Of a DNA stretch of 64,000 nucleotides, positions 49,978 to 62,700 are shown in pieces. The stretch is from contig NC_081385.1 of the NCBI RefSeq assembly GCF_030684315.1, positions 24,395,247 to 24,459,246 of the forward strand, in the 5' to 3' direction. The DNA comes from Stegostoma tigrinum (lineage: Eukaryota). Under the pieces are notes generated by a model, which did no database searches, was not told where the DNA came from, and worked only from the letters and a program-made list of their open reading frames with translations. The translations under genes were made by a program, and so were the position numbers. Each line of letters begins with the position of its first letter. The stretch's first letter is position 1.

Positions 49978-50259
49978 ATGGTCCATAGTTTCTCACAATA
50001 ATGTATAGGTTGTATGGCAGCAAAATTTACCATCCGGTGACCAATAGAATTGAGATTGTATTGCTCTGTATAGTAACCCTGCCTCTGCTGTGATCTGTCT
50101 GAAGGATCAGCAAAACTGTACTGAGATAGTACAAATGGCAGCTGGATTAAATGGTTCAAAAGTAAAGGAAAGACATTTCCACTCTGAAGATGCAGGAGTC
50201 CACTGGTATATGGCAAACCATAGCTATGGTTGAAGAAACAGTGATACAAGTTGAAAAAG
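49978..50259 (+). pseudogene. Copy C (inverted) I/C2 exon, decayed
   Basis: Acceptor ttcttttag|ATGGTCCA; GP*FLTIMYRL...YHPVTNR...CSV-SNP...HFHSEDAGVHWYMANHSYG*; donor AAG|GTAAGT; matches copy A exon 4. Confidence 0.85.
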
Positions 50260-51539
50260 GTAAGTACAAATTTTAAAACCTTATGAATTTAATGTATAAG
50301 TTATTAAGGTGACAGTCTATTACCTGGAAAGCAAAAGCCCTCTTTCCAGCAATTTACTTTGAAAAAGTGTACTACAATTCTAGATGTAATAGGAAAGGCT
50401 ATATCCTAAAACACTAACAACATATTTCTAGCTCAAAACATGTTCATAAAGAGTCATAAACTTGTGATTAGATATTGATTGGTATGTTTGTACAGATTTC
50501 AGTCTTAAAATTGTCTCTAAAACTGGTGAATTTGAGAACAACTATCAAGGCAATGTATGTTAATAATACTCTGGAATATTGGTAAACACAAGTTATAACT
50601 TCTTAATCAGGAACAGGATGAAAAATGATTAAGAATTTAACATTGGACATATAAAATCTCCAACAATACTTGACTACAAGAAGGAAAAGAACCCAGACTT
50701 AAATGTCGATGACTTGGACAAGATAATTCGATTAATGGTGTTTAATAATTCATAGTGCAATTATGATGCTAATTACAAGAGTAAGCTCTGTCGCCAATTT
50801 AAATGACATTTAATGTATAAATGGGGCAACATCATGAAAATTGTGGGAAACAAAGGACACATTTCAACTTTAGTAAAAGTATCAGGGCTATATTACAGAA
50901 TGGTCATTAATTTTTGGAAATTCACTGTTGGGGGGGAATGTTTTCTTCAATCTAAAGAGTTGGCCAATTTGCACATTAATAACAGAGTGTCTAGTTCGGA
51001 AGCTGTTATTTGAGACTGTACTTTGAAGCAATCTTCAGGCAAATTGCAAAGGACCCGGAAATAAAATTAAATTCTTCTCTCATGTTGAGGGTCACAGGCG
51101 AGGCTCCAGTAAGTTTTTTGTTCCTACCCACAATGCAATAAATTAGATTGATCTTTAGTAGGCCTAAATTATCCAAAGAATCTTCATTTAAGAATTCCAC
51201 AGATATTTTCTAATCGACATGTTCAGAAATGATATTGTACACCTCTGAAGTAGGTGAAACTTGAGCCTCAGTCTCCAACCCCAAAGGAAGGGACACTACC
51301 ACTGATATTTCACAAATTTCTTTCAAGCAACAATTGGTTCTGGACTTGCATTTTGCGAACTATTGTAGTTGCCGCATTCTTTTGGATTCTAACCACACTA
51401 AGCTGATCAGGTCATGCTGAATAATAGGTAACGATGTGGAGCTTCAATCTCAAAGAAAATTTAAGTTATATTAGCATTTTTATTTAAATTAGACATGGTA
51501 AAATAATTCAGCTGTGCACCTAGTGTAATAATTCTACCT

Positions 51540-52125
51540 TCAGAATGCAAGAGCAGGATGTACTGCTGAGGCTGTATAAGGCTCTGGTCAGACTGCATTT
51601 GGAATATTGTGAACAGTTTTGGACCCTGCATCTAAGGATGGATGTGTTGGCTTTGGCTCACAAGAATGATCCTGGCCCAGGTAATGAAGAGCTTGTCATA
51701 TGAGGAGCAGTTGAGGACCCTGGGTCTGTACTCAGTGGAGTTTAGAAGGATAAAGGAGATCTCATTGAGACTTTCATACACTGAGAGGCCTGGATAAAGT
51801 GGATGTGATGAAGATAATTCCACTAGCAGGTGTTTTTAGGACCCAGGGCACAGCATCAGAGTAAAGGGACTTTATAATTGAGCTGAGGAGGAACCTCTTC
51901 AACCAGAGGTTGGTGAATCAGGGGAACTCATTGTCACAGAAGCCTTTGGTGGTTATGTCATTGAGTGGCCTTAAGGCAGAAACAAAAAGGTTGTTGGTTA
52001 ATATGAGCATCAAAGGTTATGTGGAGAAAGCTGGAGAATGGGGTAACAGCCATAATCAAATGGTGGATCAGACTCGATAGGCCGAATGACCTGATAACTC
52101 TCCTATGTCTCATGGACTTGTGGTC
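51540..52125 (+). mobile_element. CR1 3' fragment
   Basis: LYKALVRLHLEYC-like coding remnant and 3'UTR. Confidence 0.8.
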
Positions 52126-53304
52126 TCACACTAAAATCTATGGGTTGAGAAATTTCTAACAGACATTAGAGCACAATGATTCATCCTGCTAATTCTTTAA
52201 ATCCTAAAGCAAACAATTGGTGAGGCTGCCAAAGTAGTCCCCACAAACTGTTTTAAAAGAAATCACGATGGCTGCAGAAATACTTGCAACTGAATTATCT
52301 ACTTCACAGACATAGAAAATCCATATGATTAACAGGAAACCCTCACCCTAATAGAAAATTCAAGCACCAAACTTAAGATAAAAGTTAATAATATGTAAAA
52401 CCCAGACAATTTACATGTTTTTACAGTTTACATCTGATTAGATTTTATTATTTAACATGACAAGGGGGAAAATAATTCAAACTATGGAATGGTCATGGTT
52501 ATTTGAGGCCATTGTTTGTAATGTTCAGCCTTGCAAAAAGAATGATCTGGCAATTAAAAGTAATTTGTTTATGGATGGGTGGTTCTACTAAATTAGCCGA
52601 TGCCTGATGAATGTAGTCTGCCCCAGCAAGATCTCAAACACAAAGGACTACATGCTGCCCTCAAAGAGGAAAACAGTAACTTACTCCATTCACTCTGCAT
52701 GTGGTAGTAGCTATTTTGTCTCATAATTGGTGTTTCATTTGGATCAAAGATGGCAATGTCCCAAAATTGTGTCCTTGGGAGTGATTGGCAGGCTGGATGA
52801 CAGAATGATGTTCTTCAATCTCCACGTTCCATTTTGAGGTGCTGGCCCCATATTCCTGATGATCTTTCAGCTTTCCACCCCCTTTCTATTCATATACCAA
52901 GTCCCTTTGTATACCTCTAATGTCTCCAAATTATCCCTTGAGCTAGGCATTAGTAAATTACACACTGTCCTCATGCAGCCAGCATGGTGATTGGTACTTC
53001 TAACTCTCCACCTCACCACCTCCAGTTCCTCACCACCTTCTTGCTCTCTGTGGCTCTATCCCTCTGTCTGAATTGTCCTCTTTCACCTTCATCATTCCAT
53101 CAGTGACATGGTCTAAAGAATCACAATCCCAGACTTGAGGTTTCCACTTTTCCCAGGGGTCCACAAACTGCTTCCTGAAAAGCTGCCTGCCCATTAAGAC
53201 CCAAACCCACAGGACTGACTGTGGCCCAGTCCCCAAACTGATTTAGGAGGATAGGCCTGATGGAGCATTTTCCAGCTCCCAGCTGATGTCTCCACCACAA
53301 CCTA

Positions 53305-53530
53305 TGAGAGATAGTAGGAACTGCAGATGCTGGAGAATCTGAGATAACAAGGTGTAGAGCTGGATGAACACAGCAGGCCAAGAAGCATCAAAGGAGCAGG
53401 AAGGCTGATGTTTCGGGCCTACACCCTTCTTCAGAAAACATTTCTGAAGAAAGGTCTAGGCCGGAAACATCAACCTTCCTGCTCGACTGAAGCTGTTTGG
53501 CCTGCTGTGTTCATCCAGCTCTACAACCTG
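53305..53530. mobile_element. Short Penelope-type inverted-repeat insertion
   Basis: Arms meet at cttcttcagaaaacatttctgaagaa; each arm carries a decayed hammerhead motif. Confidence 0.8.
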
Positions 53531-55182
53531 TCTAATGCTTCTGAGATCCCTGAACTGGTTACACTTGATCTGCAGGACTGACCATGACCCAACCTTTGCA
53601 CAACAAGGAAACAAACCCTAGAATCTGTATGGGCCAAGCTCCTGACCCTGGGCAACCCCTTGGACTGGAAACAGATGAGTCCTTTAATGGACTAATTTAG
53701 TTTTGGAACATGGTTTGCCAGGACTGGTTGGACTGTCGAGTCAGTTCTGTGCTGTATGACTCTATGATTCTATAATGGCTGCACTAAACACTTACTGACC
53801 ATGGACCTCCTCAACCCCACTCAGTACTGGTCCCATTTGCCTATAAGTCTTGCCCATTGCGTTGAAGCACATGCAGTGCGTTTGCCACATAAGCTGCTGG
53901 CACATTCTGTAGGTATGATATTGCCATACACAACATAAGACCATAAGACATAGGAACAGAAATTAGGCCATTCTGCCCATCAAGTCTGCTCTACCATTCA
54001 ATCATGGCTGATGATGTCCAACCATTTAACTTTTCTGAGCCATTAGGAGCTGCCTATGTCACTGTCTGTGTTAAAAATTATTGCACAACACAGAGGCTGC
54101 TGGCCTGTAAATTACCACTGAAGAGCCTATACACTACAAAAAAATGCATGCCAGAAAACCTGGTAACCCTGAAGGAAGCAAAATGATTGAGCACCCAGAA
54201 CTTAAGCTGAGGGCAATAAGATGCATTGAGCATATGGGCATAAGATATATGTGCATGTCCAAGCATGCAAAGATATCTGGCAGAAACATATTTATGTATG
54301 CTGAGCTCTAACGTGCTCAAGAGAGGAAGGGACAAATGAGTTTGTCTAAAAGTAGCCGCGATGATGTGCTAAGGCTGATGGTTTGGCGATGTCTACTTCT
54401 GTGGATGAAAGTGGGAGAGAACGTTCTCCATTGGGCAAGCTGGGATGTTGTGGAGAAGACAGAGTTGTCTGAAGGACTGGAGATTAAAGAAGTGAGCTGC
54501 TGCTCACTAGTTTCTTGGACAAGAAGAAAATTGGGAGCTGTATAAAAATAAGAAGAGTTCAGCAGGTAATGAAATACAAATACAGGGAAACAAGGTAATC
54601 ACTGTTCATTAACAACAATTTGAACTCACTGGTTATATCTTAAAACAAAAATCAAACTTTTTTTTGTTGGTGAGATTTGATTTTTTCATTTTTGTGTTAT
54701 TTTCCCAACTTTCTCTCCACCGTCCTCACAATATATATCTGCATCCATTGGTTTCATTAATGTTCTTTAAGGAAAGAAATCTGCCATCCTTACCCAATCT
54801 GGTTGACACATGGCTTCAGACCCATGAGAAAACGACTCTCCATAATAGCCTAGACAACTTCTTTGTTGTTGGTGATGACCAATAAATTCTTGCCTGAGAC
54901 AGCCACGTCCTGCAAATGAATTTTAAAGCACTGTTATGATTTGATTGCCCTTTTGTTTGTTCTCTGATCTCAGTGTGGAAGTTTATACAGATCAGTTGAG
55001 CTGGTGGCAGAATCGTTCACATGCCAAACCCATCTTGACTTGTAATAAAGCAAAAACACAGGTAATAGCATGAACTGGGCACCAGATGGCAATGAACTAC
55101 AATCTAAACAAGCCATTAATTACTGAAACATGCAAATTCACATTGCTGCATCCAATACAAACCAATGATATACAGCAAATTG

Positions 55183-55756
55183 AAGAGGGTTCTTGTGGAA
55201 CAGAAGTAGTGACTGTACCTCGGGACCAGGAGACCAATTTTCTAGGCCCACCTGATCCAGAAGTCTGTAATAATATCTCTAGAGCTTGTTTAAGAAAATC
55301 TCTAAGAGGTGGCTTCTTGTGGCACAATAGTATTGTCTGTATTTCTGAGCTGGGAGACCCTGGTTCAAGTCACACTTGCTCCAGAAAAGTGTATTAACAT
55401 TACTGAACTGGTTCATAAGGAAACACTGATAGCAAATTGGGGAGGGCTCTTGGGATGAAGTGATAGCATCTCTGCCTCTGGACCAGGAGGCCTAGGTTCT
55501 CCTGATCCAGAAATGTGGCATAACATCCTTGAACATGTTAGTTAGAAAACATCTACAACAATTCTGTTGAAGCTCCTACCTGTCCCACAGATGAGTAATA
55601 ACACCTCTGAACAGGTTAATTCAAATTTCAGTGGCAAATTGGGAGGGCCTTGTGGTGCAATGGGAATGTCTCAATTTCTGAGTCAGGAGGCCATGCATTC
55701 AAGCACCCAACTGCTCCAGTTATATAATGATCTCAATAGGTTGGTTAGAAAATATT
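55183..55756 (+). repeat. Tandem array of about 4.5 diverged tRNA-derived units of 120-135 bp
   Basis: Units start gagggYYcttgtgg, contain ggttcaagtc-like B boxes and end ttagaaaa; a solo inverted copy lies at about 51200-51305. Confidence 0.7.
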
Positions 55757-57457
55757 GTGTGCCTGATTAACTTGGCAATGCACCAATATTCTGCCTCTGC
55801 TTTAGTATGTTGGAATATAAATTAAAGTTTATATTCCAATAACACTTATGGGTGTGATTAACAATGTAGTAATGATTAGATAATCTGCTTCTTGTGATGT
55901 TGATTGAGGGACTGATAGTGAGATCGCCTGCCTTGTTTCGAATTAGTGCCCTGGAACATTCAACATTCACATGCAGAAGGCAGGCGGTTCCCCGAGATAA
56001 TATCTCATCCCATTGACAGAGGTGCAGGAAGAAAAGTAAGAATTAATTCCCACACCCATCCACCTGCACACATTTGCCAGGAACATATTTCCTCATCCAC
56101 CCCTTTACCAGAATATCAGGACTACGGAAACATGTAAATCAAGTTTACAAAAATTCCCAGATTTTTGAAGCTGTTTAACTGCTATATGTTCAAACAAACA
56201 GATGTTGTGCAATTACATCCAGGAACTATCTATATCTCATATGTGGAAACTGATGAAACGTAAGTTTCAGCCAAATGAAAATTTGTCGCTCAGATTGGAG
56301 CTCAGAACAGGAAGCTCATGATCATTTTGGCAGAAAGAGTGTTTCTGCCAACCTTCTGGCATTTGTTTATGGCGAATGTGAGTATATTGCATGTTAAAAT
56401 ATTAACAATGTGGTCAATGACAGCGTCCCCATAATCATACAGCTGGCCTAATAACAAGGCTAACTATTCCATACAGTCTCTCTGGCCAATTGTTACCTGA
56501 TGGGTCACCTGACAGGCTAATTAGAGTGGTGATATAGTGGCTGAGCTGTTTCCTAGGATATTTTTAAATCTTCTCATCATTCAGCTTATGGTTTTAAAGA
56601 AGGTGGTAAGGTTACTGAATCTGGAGGTATTATCACCTGCCTCCAGCGATATGCCATCCCTAGTCAAAATGTATTTTCTTCCTGTAAGATTTTGCGAGTA
56701 TTGCTAACATATAGGATTCTCCAAGTTATCAGTTTGTCTGGCTCAAAGGAGGCACACTCATTTGAATTACACTCATTTTTAAAACACCCGTTTCAAATAC
56801 ACTCTGTAAACTTCAAAGCCTCTCTGTCAGATACAAAGGCATAAATAAAGGTTTTGAACACTACTGTGTGAACTCACAGCAGCTTCTTTCATATGAGTTA
56901 AACAAGAGCCAATGTGTTTTTGAATTAGATTTAGATTATCTAATGCTTCGATCTATTAACCAAATCTTAAAATAAAGCACATGTAGTTACGAATGACATC
57001 TGTTCCTTAGTGTTCTTGGCGATTGGTCAATATATTTATGTGAATTGTCTGCCACAGTTCCCATCATTGATAAGAGTATATAACATTATTTATACAGCTG
57101 TAACCTGTATCTAAATGCACAACATTTGTTATCAATGGAATGAAAACTCTGGGCCCTAAAAAAATGAGGAACGGATATTTATTTCCATCTGTGTGACTCG
57201 AGCCACAGTGATAAGGTGACATTATTGATCCTCATCCTAACCCAAGCTCAGAAATCACACAATACACACATACCCACACTCTCTGTCCCCCCCCACTCAC
57301 TGAATTTATCTTTGCAGATACATTTTATTTTATTCAAAAAGCACACAATTTATACATAATCAATCAATATGGCATTTTATAAATTTCTACCTTAGAAATG
57401 AACCAGTCTGACTCCAGACTAAAACATAGATTCTTAACAAGGTCTCATACCAAGCAT

Positions 57458-57962
57458 CAATGTGGACTTCACCAGTTTCAAAATCTCCCCTTCCCCTACT
57501 GCATCCCTAAACCAGCCCAGTTGTCCCCTCCCCCCACTGCACCACACAACCAGCCCAGCCCTTCCCCCCACCCACTGCATCCCAAAACCAGTCCAACCTG
57601 TCTCTGCCTCCCTAACCGGTTCTTCCTCTCACCCATCCCTTCCTCCCACCCCAAGCCACACCCCCATCTACCTACTAACCTCATCCCACCTCCTTGACCT
57701 GTCCGTCTTCCCTGGACTGACCTATCCCCTCCCTACCTCCCCACCTATACTCTCTCCACCTATCTTATTTACTCTCCATCTTCGGTCCGCCTCCCCCTCT
57801 CTCCCTATTTATTCCAGGTCCCTCTCCCCATCCCCCTCTCTGATGAAGGGTCTAGGCCTGAAATGTCAGCTTTTGTGCTCCTGAGATGCTGCTTGGCCTG
57901 CTGTGTTCATCCAGCCTCACATTTTATCTTGGAATTCTCCAGCATCTGCAGTTCCCATTATC
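57458..57962 (+). mobile_element. 5'-truncated Penelope terminal repeat
   Basis: Matches 30540-31019 plus the tail; TSD tctcataccaagcat at 57443-57457 and 57963-57977. Confidence 0.92.
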
Positions 57963-58393
57963 TCTCATACCAAGCATGCATTGTCTATCCTAAAATGTCA
58001 CCCCTACCTTATGCTGATAAAATCTTTAGTTGTCTCAGGACTGTGATTTGAGAGGAATTTAGGGATTTGCATATACAAATTAATCAAATAAAGCCTTCTA
58101 ACTGATTAAAGATTTAACAACTCTTAAGTTTGTTTAATACATCCTCAACAATGGTGTGAACCTTTGATCTTTTACTGATAAAATCTGTGCCTCATACCAC
58201 CTTGCTCACTAACACCTGAAGAAAGACTGAGGCTCCGAAAGCTTGTGCTTTCAAAGAAAGCTGTTGGACTCTAACCAGGTGTCGTGTGACTTCTGATCTT
58301 GTCCACCCCAGACCTACACCAGCACCACCACATCATCCTTACCCAATGAATAATGTTCATTTGGACTATTTCCAAACATGGAATTGGAAACAG

Positions 58394-58614
58394 AGATAAT
58401 GGGAACTGCAGATGCTGGAGAATTCCAAGACAATAAAATGTGAGGCTGGATGAACACAGCAGGCCAAGCAGCATCTCAGGAGCACAAAAGCTGACGTTTC
58501 GGGCCTGGACCCTTCATCAGAGGATGATGAAGGGTCCAGGCCCGAAACGTCAGCTTTTGTGCTCCTGAGATGCTGCTTGGCCTGCTGTGTTCATCCAGCC
58601 TCACATTTTATTGT
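58394..58614. mobile_element. Penelope-derived perfect hairpin mini-element
   Basis: 91-bp perfect inverted arms (58429-58519 and 58525-58615); 17-bp TSD catggaattggaaacag. Confidence 0.93.
58493..58520 (-). ncRNA. Minimal type I hammerhead ribozyme core
   Basis: Minus strand CTGATGA-A-GGGT-CCAG-GCCC-GAAAC-GTC. Confidence 0.72.
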
Positions 58615-59715
58615 CATGGAATTGGAAACAGTCAGAATTAAGAATAAATGTTGAAAACTCAAAGGGATGAACTTTACTTTTTTTTAAGCCAGGCCCAAGT
58701 TGTATCATGGTTTTTGGAGGGTGTTTGTCACGAGTCCTGGCAAGTCTTTTTCTTGTATGTGACCATACTCATTTTATTAGCTAACAAGGAGGAACACAGC
58801 AGGCCAGGCAGCAACAGTGGAACAAGAAAGCTGATGTTTCAGGTCTGGACCCTACTTCAGAAAATGCTCCTCTAGCCTGCTGTGTTCCTCCAGCTCCACG
58901 CCTTGTTATCTCAGATGCCAGCATTACTATCTCATTTTATTAGTTAGCCAGCCCACCTCACTCCATCCCAAAGGTAAATCTCACATTCAATTTCAACTCC
59001 ATCTTGCCATATACCATTCCCAGAATTTTCTTTTTCATTAAGTGGATTTTTTTATAAATTCAGTCATGGGAAGTGGGCATCATTGGCTTGTCCAACATTT
59101 ATTGCCCATTCTGAGTTGACCTGTGAATGTTTTTGGTGAGCTACCTTCCTGAATTGCTGTAGTTCCACATGTGGTAGGTAAATTCACAATGCTACTATGT
59201 CTTTTAACCCAGCAACAGACTGCCAGAGACCAGGCAGCCCCAGGCAGGAGGAGGATCCTGTGGTGTTGGCAGTCAGGGACTTCACCTCAATCCGCAGGGA
59301 GGAAGAGAAGCAGCAGACAAGCACGTGGAGCACGATGACCCTTTTTGTCCCAGAAGCTAAAGTGAATCATACCACTGAGAGGATGGCAGCTGTCATAGAT
59401 AGCCAGGCTCAATGCCCTCAGACGCAGCTGGCGATGTGCCCATCTGTGCTCCATCATCCCAAACGTTGGTCCTCAGGGCCGAAGGTATGGTGACAGGAGC
59501 ATAATGGTTGTAAAACCTTGACTGCGGTGCAGGTGTCCCCTCCTCACAAAGAGATAGAACCTTGCCAGGAGACACTCATCAACAGCCTCTGGTCACTTTT
59601 CAAACAGGGCGACTGCAGAGCTGGCTAGGCTTTCCACCTCAGGTCTGCCTATCCCCATCTGATCGTTAGAAGTTCAAGCCAAGGAGATTCAACTTGTTCC
59701 TGACAAGATAACCCT

Positions 59716-62700
59716 CAGCCTATCAAGAAGATAGGTAGAGAGGAGAGTATAGTTGGGGAGGTAGGGAGAAGATAGGTCAGTCCAGGGAGGATGGACAGGT
59801 CATGGGGGCAGGATGAGGTTAGTGGGTAGGAAATGGGGATGGGGCTTGAGGTGGAAGGAGGGGATAGGTGAGAGGAAGCATAGGTTAGGGAGGAGGGGAA
59901 AAGCTGGGCTGGTTTTGGGATGCGGTAGGGGGAGGGGAGATTTTGATAAGCTTCAAAACCTCTCCTCCCACTACCGCATCCCAAAACCAATCCAGATTGT
60001 CTCTGCCTCCCTAACCTGTTCTTCCTCTCACGTATCCCCTCTTCCCACCTCAAGCCGCACCTCCATTTCTTACCTACTAACCTCATCCTGCCCTCATGAC
60101 CTGTCCATCCTCCCTGGACTGACCTATCTTCTCCCTACCTCCCCACCTATACTCACCATTACTGGCTCCATCCCCACCCCTTTGACCTGTCGGTCTCCTC
60201 TCCACTTTTAGAACATAGAACATAGAACAGTACAGCACAGAACAGGCCCTTCAGCCCATGATGTTGTGCTGACCATTGATCCTCATGTATGCACCCTCAA
60301 ATTTCTGTGACCATATGCCTGTCCAGCAGTCTCTTAAATGTCCCCAATGACCTTGCTTCCACAACTGCTGCTGGCAATGATTCCATGCTCTCACAACTCT
60401 CTGTGTAAAGAACCCACCTCTGACATCCCCACTATACTTTCCGCCAACCAGCTTAAAACTATGACCCCTCATGTTAGCCTTTTCTGCCCTGGGAAATAGT
60501 CTCTGGCTACCAACTCTATCTATGCCTCTCATTATCGTGTATACCTCAATTAGGTCCCCTCTCCTCCTCCTTTTCTCCAATGAAAAAATTCCGAGCTCAG
60601 TCAACCTCTCTTCATAAGATAAGCCCTCCAGTCCAGGCAGCATCCTGGTAAACCTCCTCTGAGCCCTCTCCAAAGCATCCACATCTTTCCTATAATAGGG
60701 CGACCAGAACTGGACGCAGTATTCCAAGTGCGGTCTAACCAAAGTTTTATAGAGCTGCGACAAGATCTCACAACGCTTAAACTCAATCCCCCTGTTAATG
60801 AAAGCCAAAACACCATATGCTTTCTTAACAACCCTGTCCATTTGGGTGGCTATTTTAAGGGATCTTTGTATCTGCTCACCAAGATCCCTCTGTTCCTCCA
60901 CACTGCCAAGAATCCTATCCTTAATCCTGTACTCAGCTTTCAAATTCGACCTTCCAAAATGCATCACCTCACATTTATCCAGGTTGAACTCCATCTGCCA
61001 CCTCTCAGCCTATCTCTGCATCCTGTCAATGTCCTGCTGCAGCCTACAACAGCCCTCAATACTGTCAACGACACCTCCAACCTTTGTGTCGTCTGCAAAC
61101 TTGCTGACCCATCCTTCAATCCCCTCATCCAAGTCATTAATAAAAATTACAAACAGTAGAGGCCCAAGGACAGAGCCCTGTGGAACACCACTCACCACTG
61201 ACTTCCAGGCAGAATATTTTCCTTCTACTACCACTTGCTGTCTTCTGTTGGCCAGCCGATTCTGTGTCCAAGCAGCTAAGTTCCCCTGTATCCCATTCCT
61301 CCTGACCTTCTGAATGAGCCTACCATGGGGAACCTTATCAAATGCCTTGCTGAAGTCCAAATACACCACATCCACAGCTCGACCCTCATCAACTTTTCTA
61401 GTCACATCCTCAAAGAACTCGATAAGGCTTGTGAGGCATGACCTGCCCCTCACAAAGCTGTGTTGACTGCATTTAATCAAGCCATGCTCTTCCAGATGGT
61501 CATAAATCCTATCCCTCAGAATCCTTTCTAACACCTTGCAGACGACCGACGTGAGACTTACTGGTCTGTAATTGCCGGGGATTTCCCTATTTCCTTTCTT
61601 GAAGAGAGGAATTACATTTGCCTCTCTCCAGTCCTCAGGTACGACTCCAGTGGAGAACGAGGATGCAAAGATCTTCTCAAGTGGCGAAGCAATTGCATTT
61701 CTCGTTTCCCAAAGCAGCCGAGGACAAATCTGGTCCGGGCCTGGCGACTTGTCAATCTTAATGTTTGACAAAATTTTCAGCACATCAGCTTCCTCTATCT
61801 CTATCCATTCCAGCATGCACACCTGCTCTTCAAATGTTTCATTCACTACAAAGTTCGTTTCTTTCGTAAAGACAGAAGCAAAAAACTCATTTAGGCATTC
61901 CCCTACCTCCTCAGACTCCACACACAAGTTCCCTATGCTATCCCTGATTGGCCCTACTCTTTCTTTGACCATTCTCTTATTCCTCACATAAGTGTAAAAT
62001 GCCTTTGTGTTCTCCCTAATCCGATCTGCCAAGCCTTTCTCGTGCCCCCTCCTGGCTCTCCTCAGACCATTTTTGAGCTACTTCCTCACCTGCCTGTAAT
62101 CCTCTAGAGCTGAGCTTGACCCTAGCTTCCTCCACCTTATGTAAGCTACCTTCTTCCTTTTGACGAGAAGCTCCACCGCTCTCGTCATCCAAGGTTCCTT
62201 TATCTTACCCCTTCTTGCCTGTCTCAGAGGGACATATTTATTCATCACTCGAAACAACTGTTCCTTAAACAGTGTCCACCTGTCGATAGTGCCTTTACCA
62301 TGGAACAATTGCTCCCAGTCCATGCTTCCTAACTCATGTCTAATCGCATCATAGTTTCCTCTTCCCCAATTAAATATCCTCCCATTTTGCCTAATCCTCT
62401 CCTTCTCCATAGCTATGTAGAATGTGAGGCAGTTATGGTCACTATCACCAAAATGCTCTCCCACCACAAGATCTGATACCTGCCCTGGCTCGTTTACGAG
62501 CACCAAGTCTAGAATGGCCTCTCCCCTCGTCGGCCTGTCAACGTACTGAGTTAGGAAGCCCTCCTGAACACACCATATAAAAACAGCTCCATTCAAATCT
62601 TCTGCTCGAAGGAGGTTCCAATCAATATTAGGAAAGTTAAAGTCACCCATTACAACAACCCTACTACGTCCACACTTTTCCAAAATCTGTCGACCTATGC

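Noticed and set aside
55183-55756. CRISPR-like array or tRNA gene cluster
   Set aside because: Eukaryotic context; whole units are homologous with no unique spacers, and no intact cloverleaf was seen.
54974-56259. Two plus-strand exon-like segments (54974-55051 and 56202-56259) as a tail for copy C
   Set aside because: No recognisable similarity to the copy A tail, the phases do not chain, and no TM exon was found upstream.
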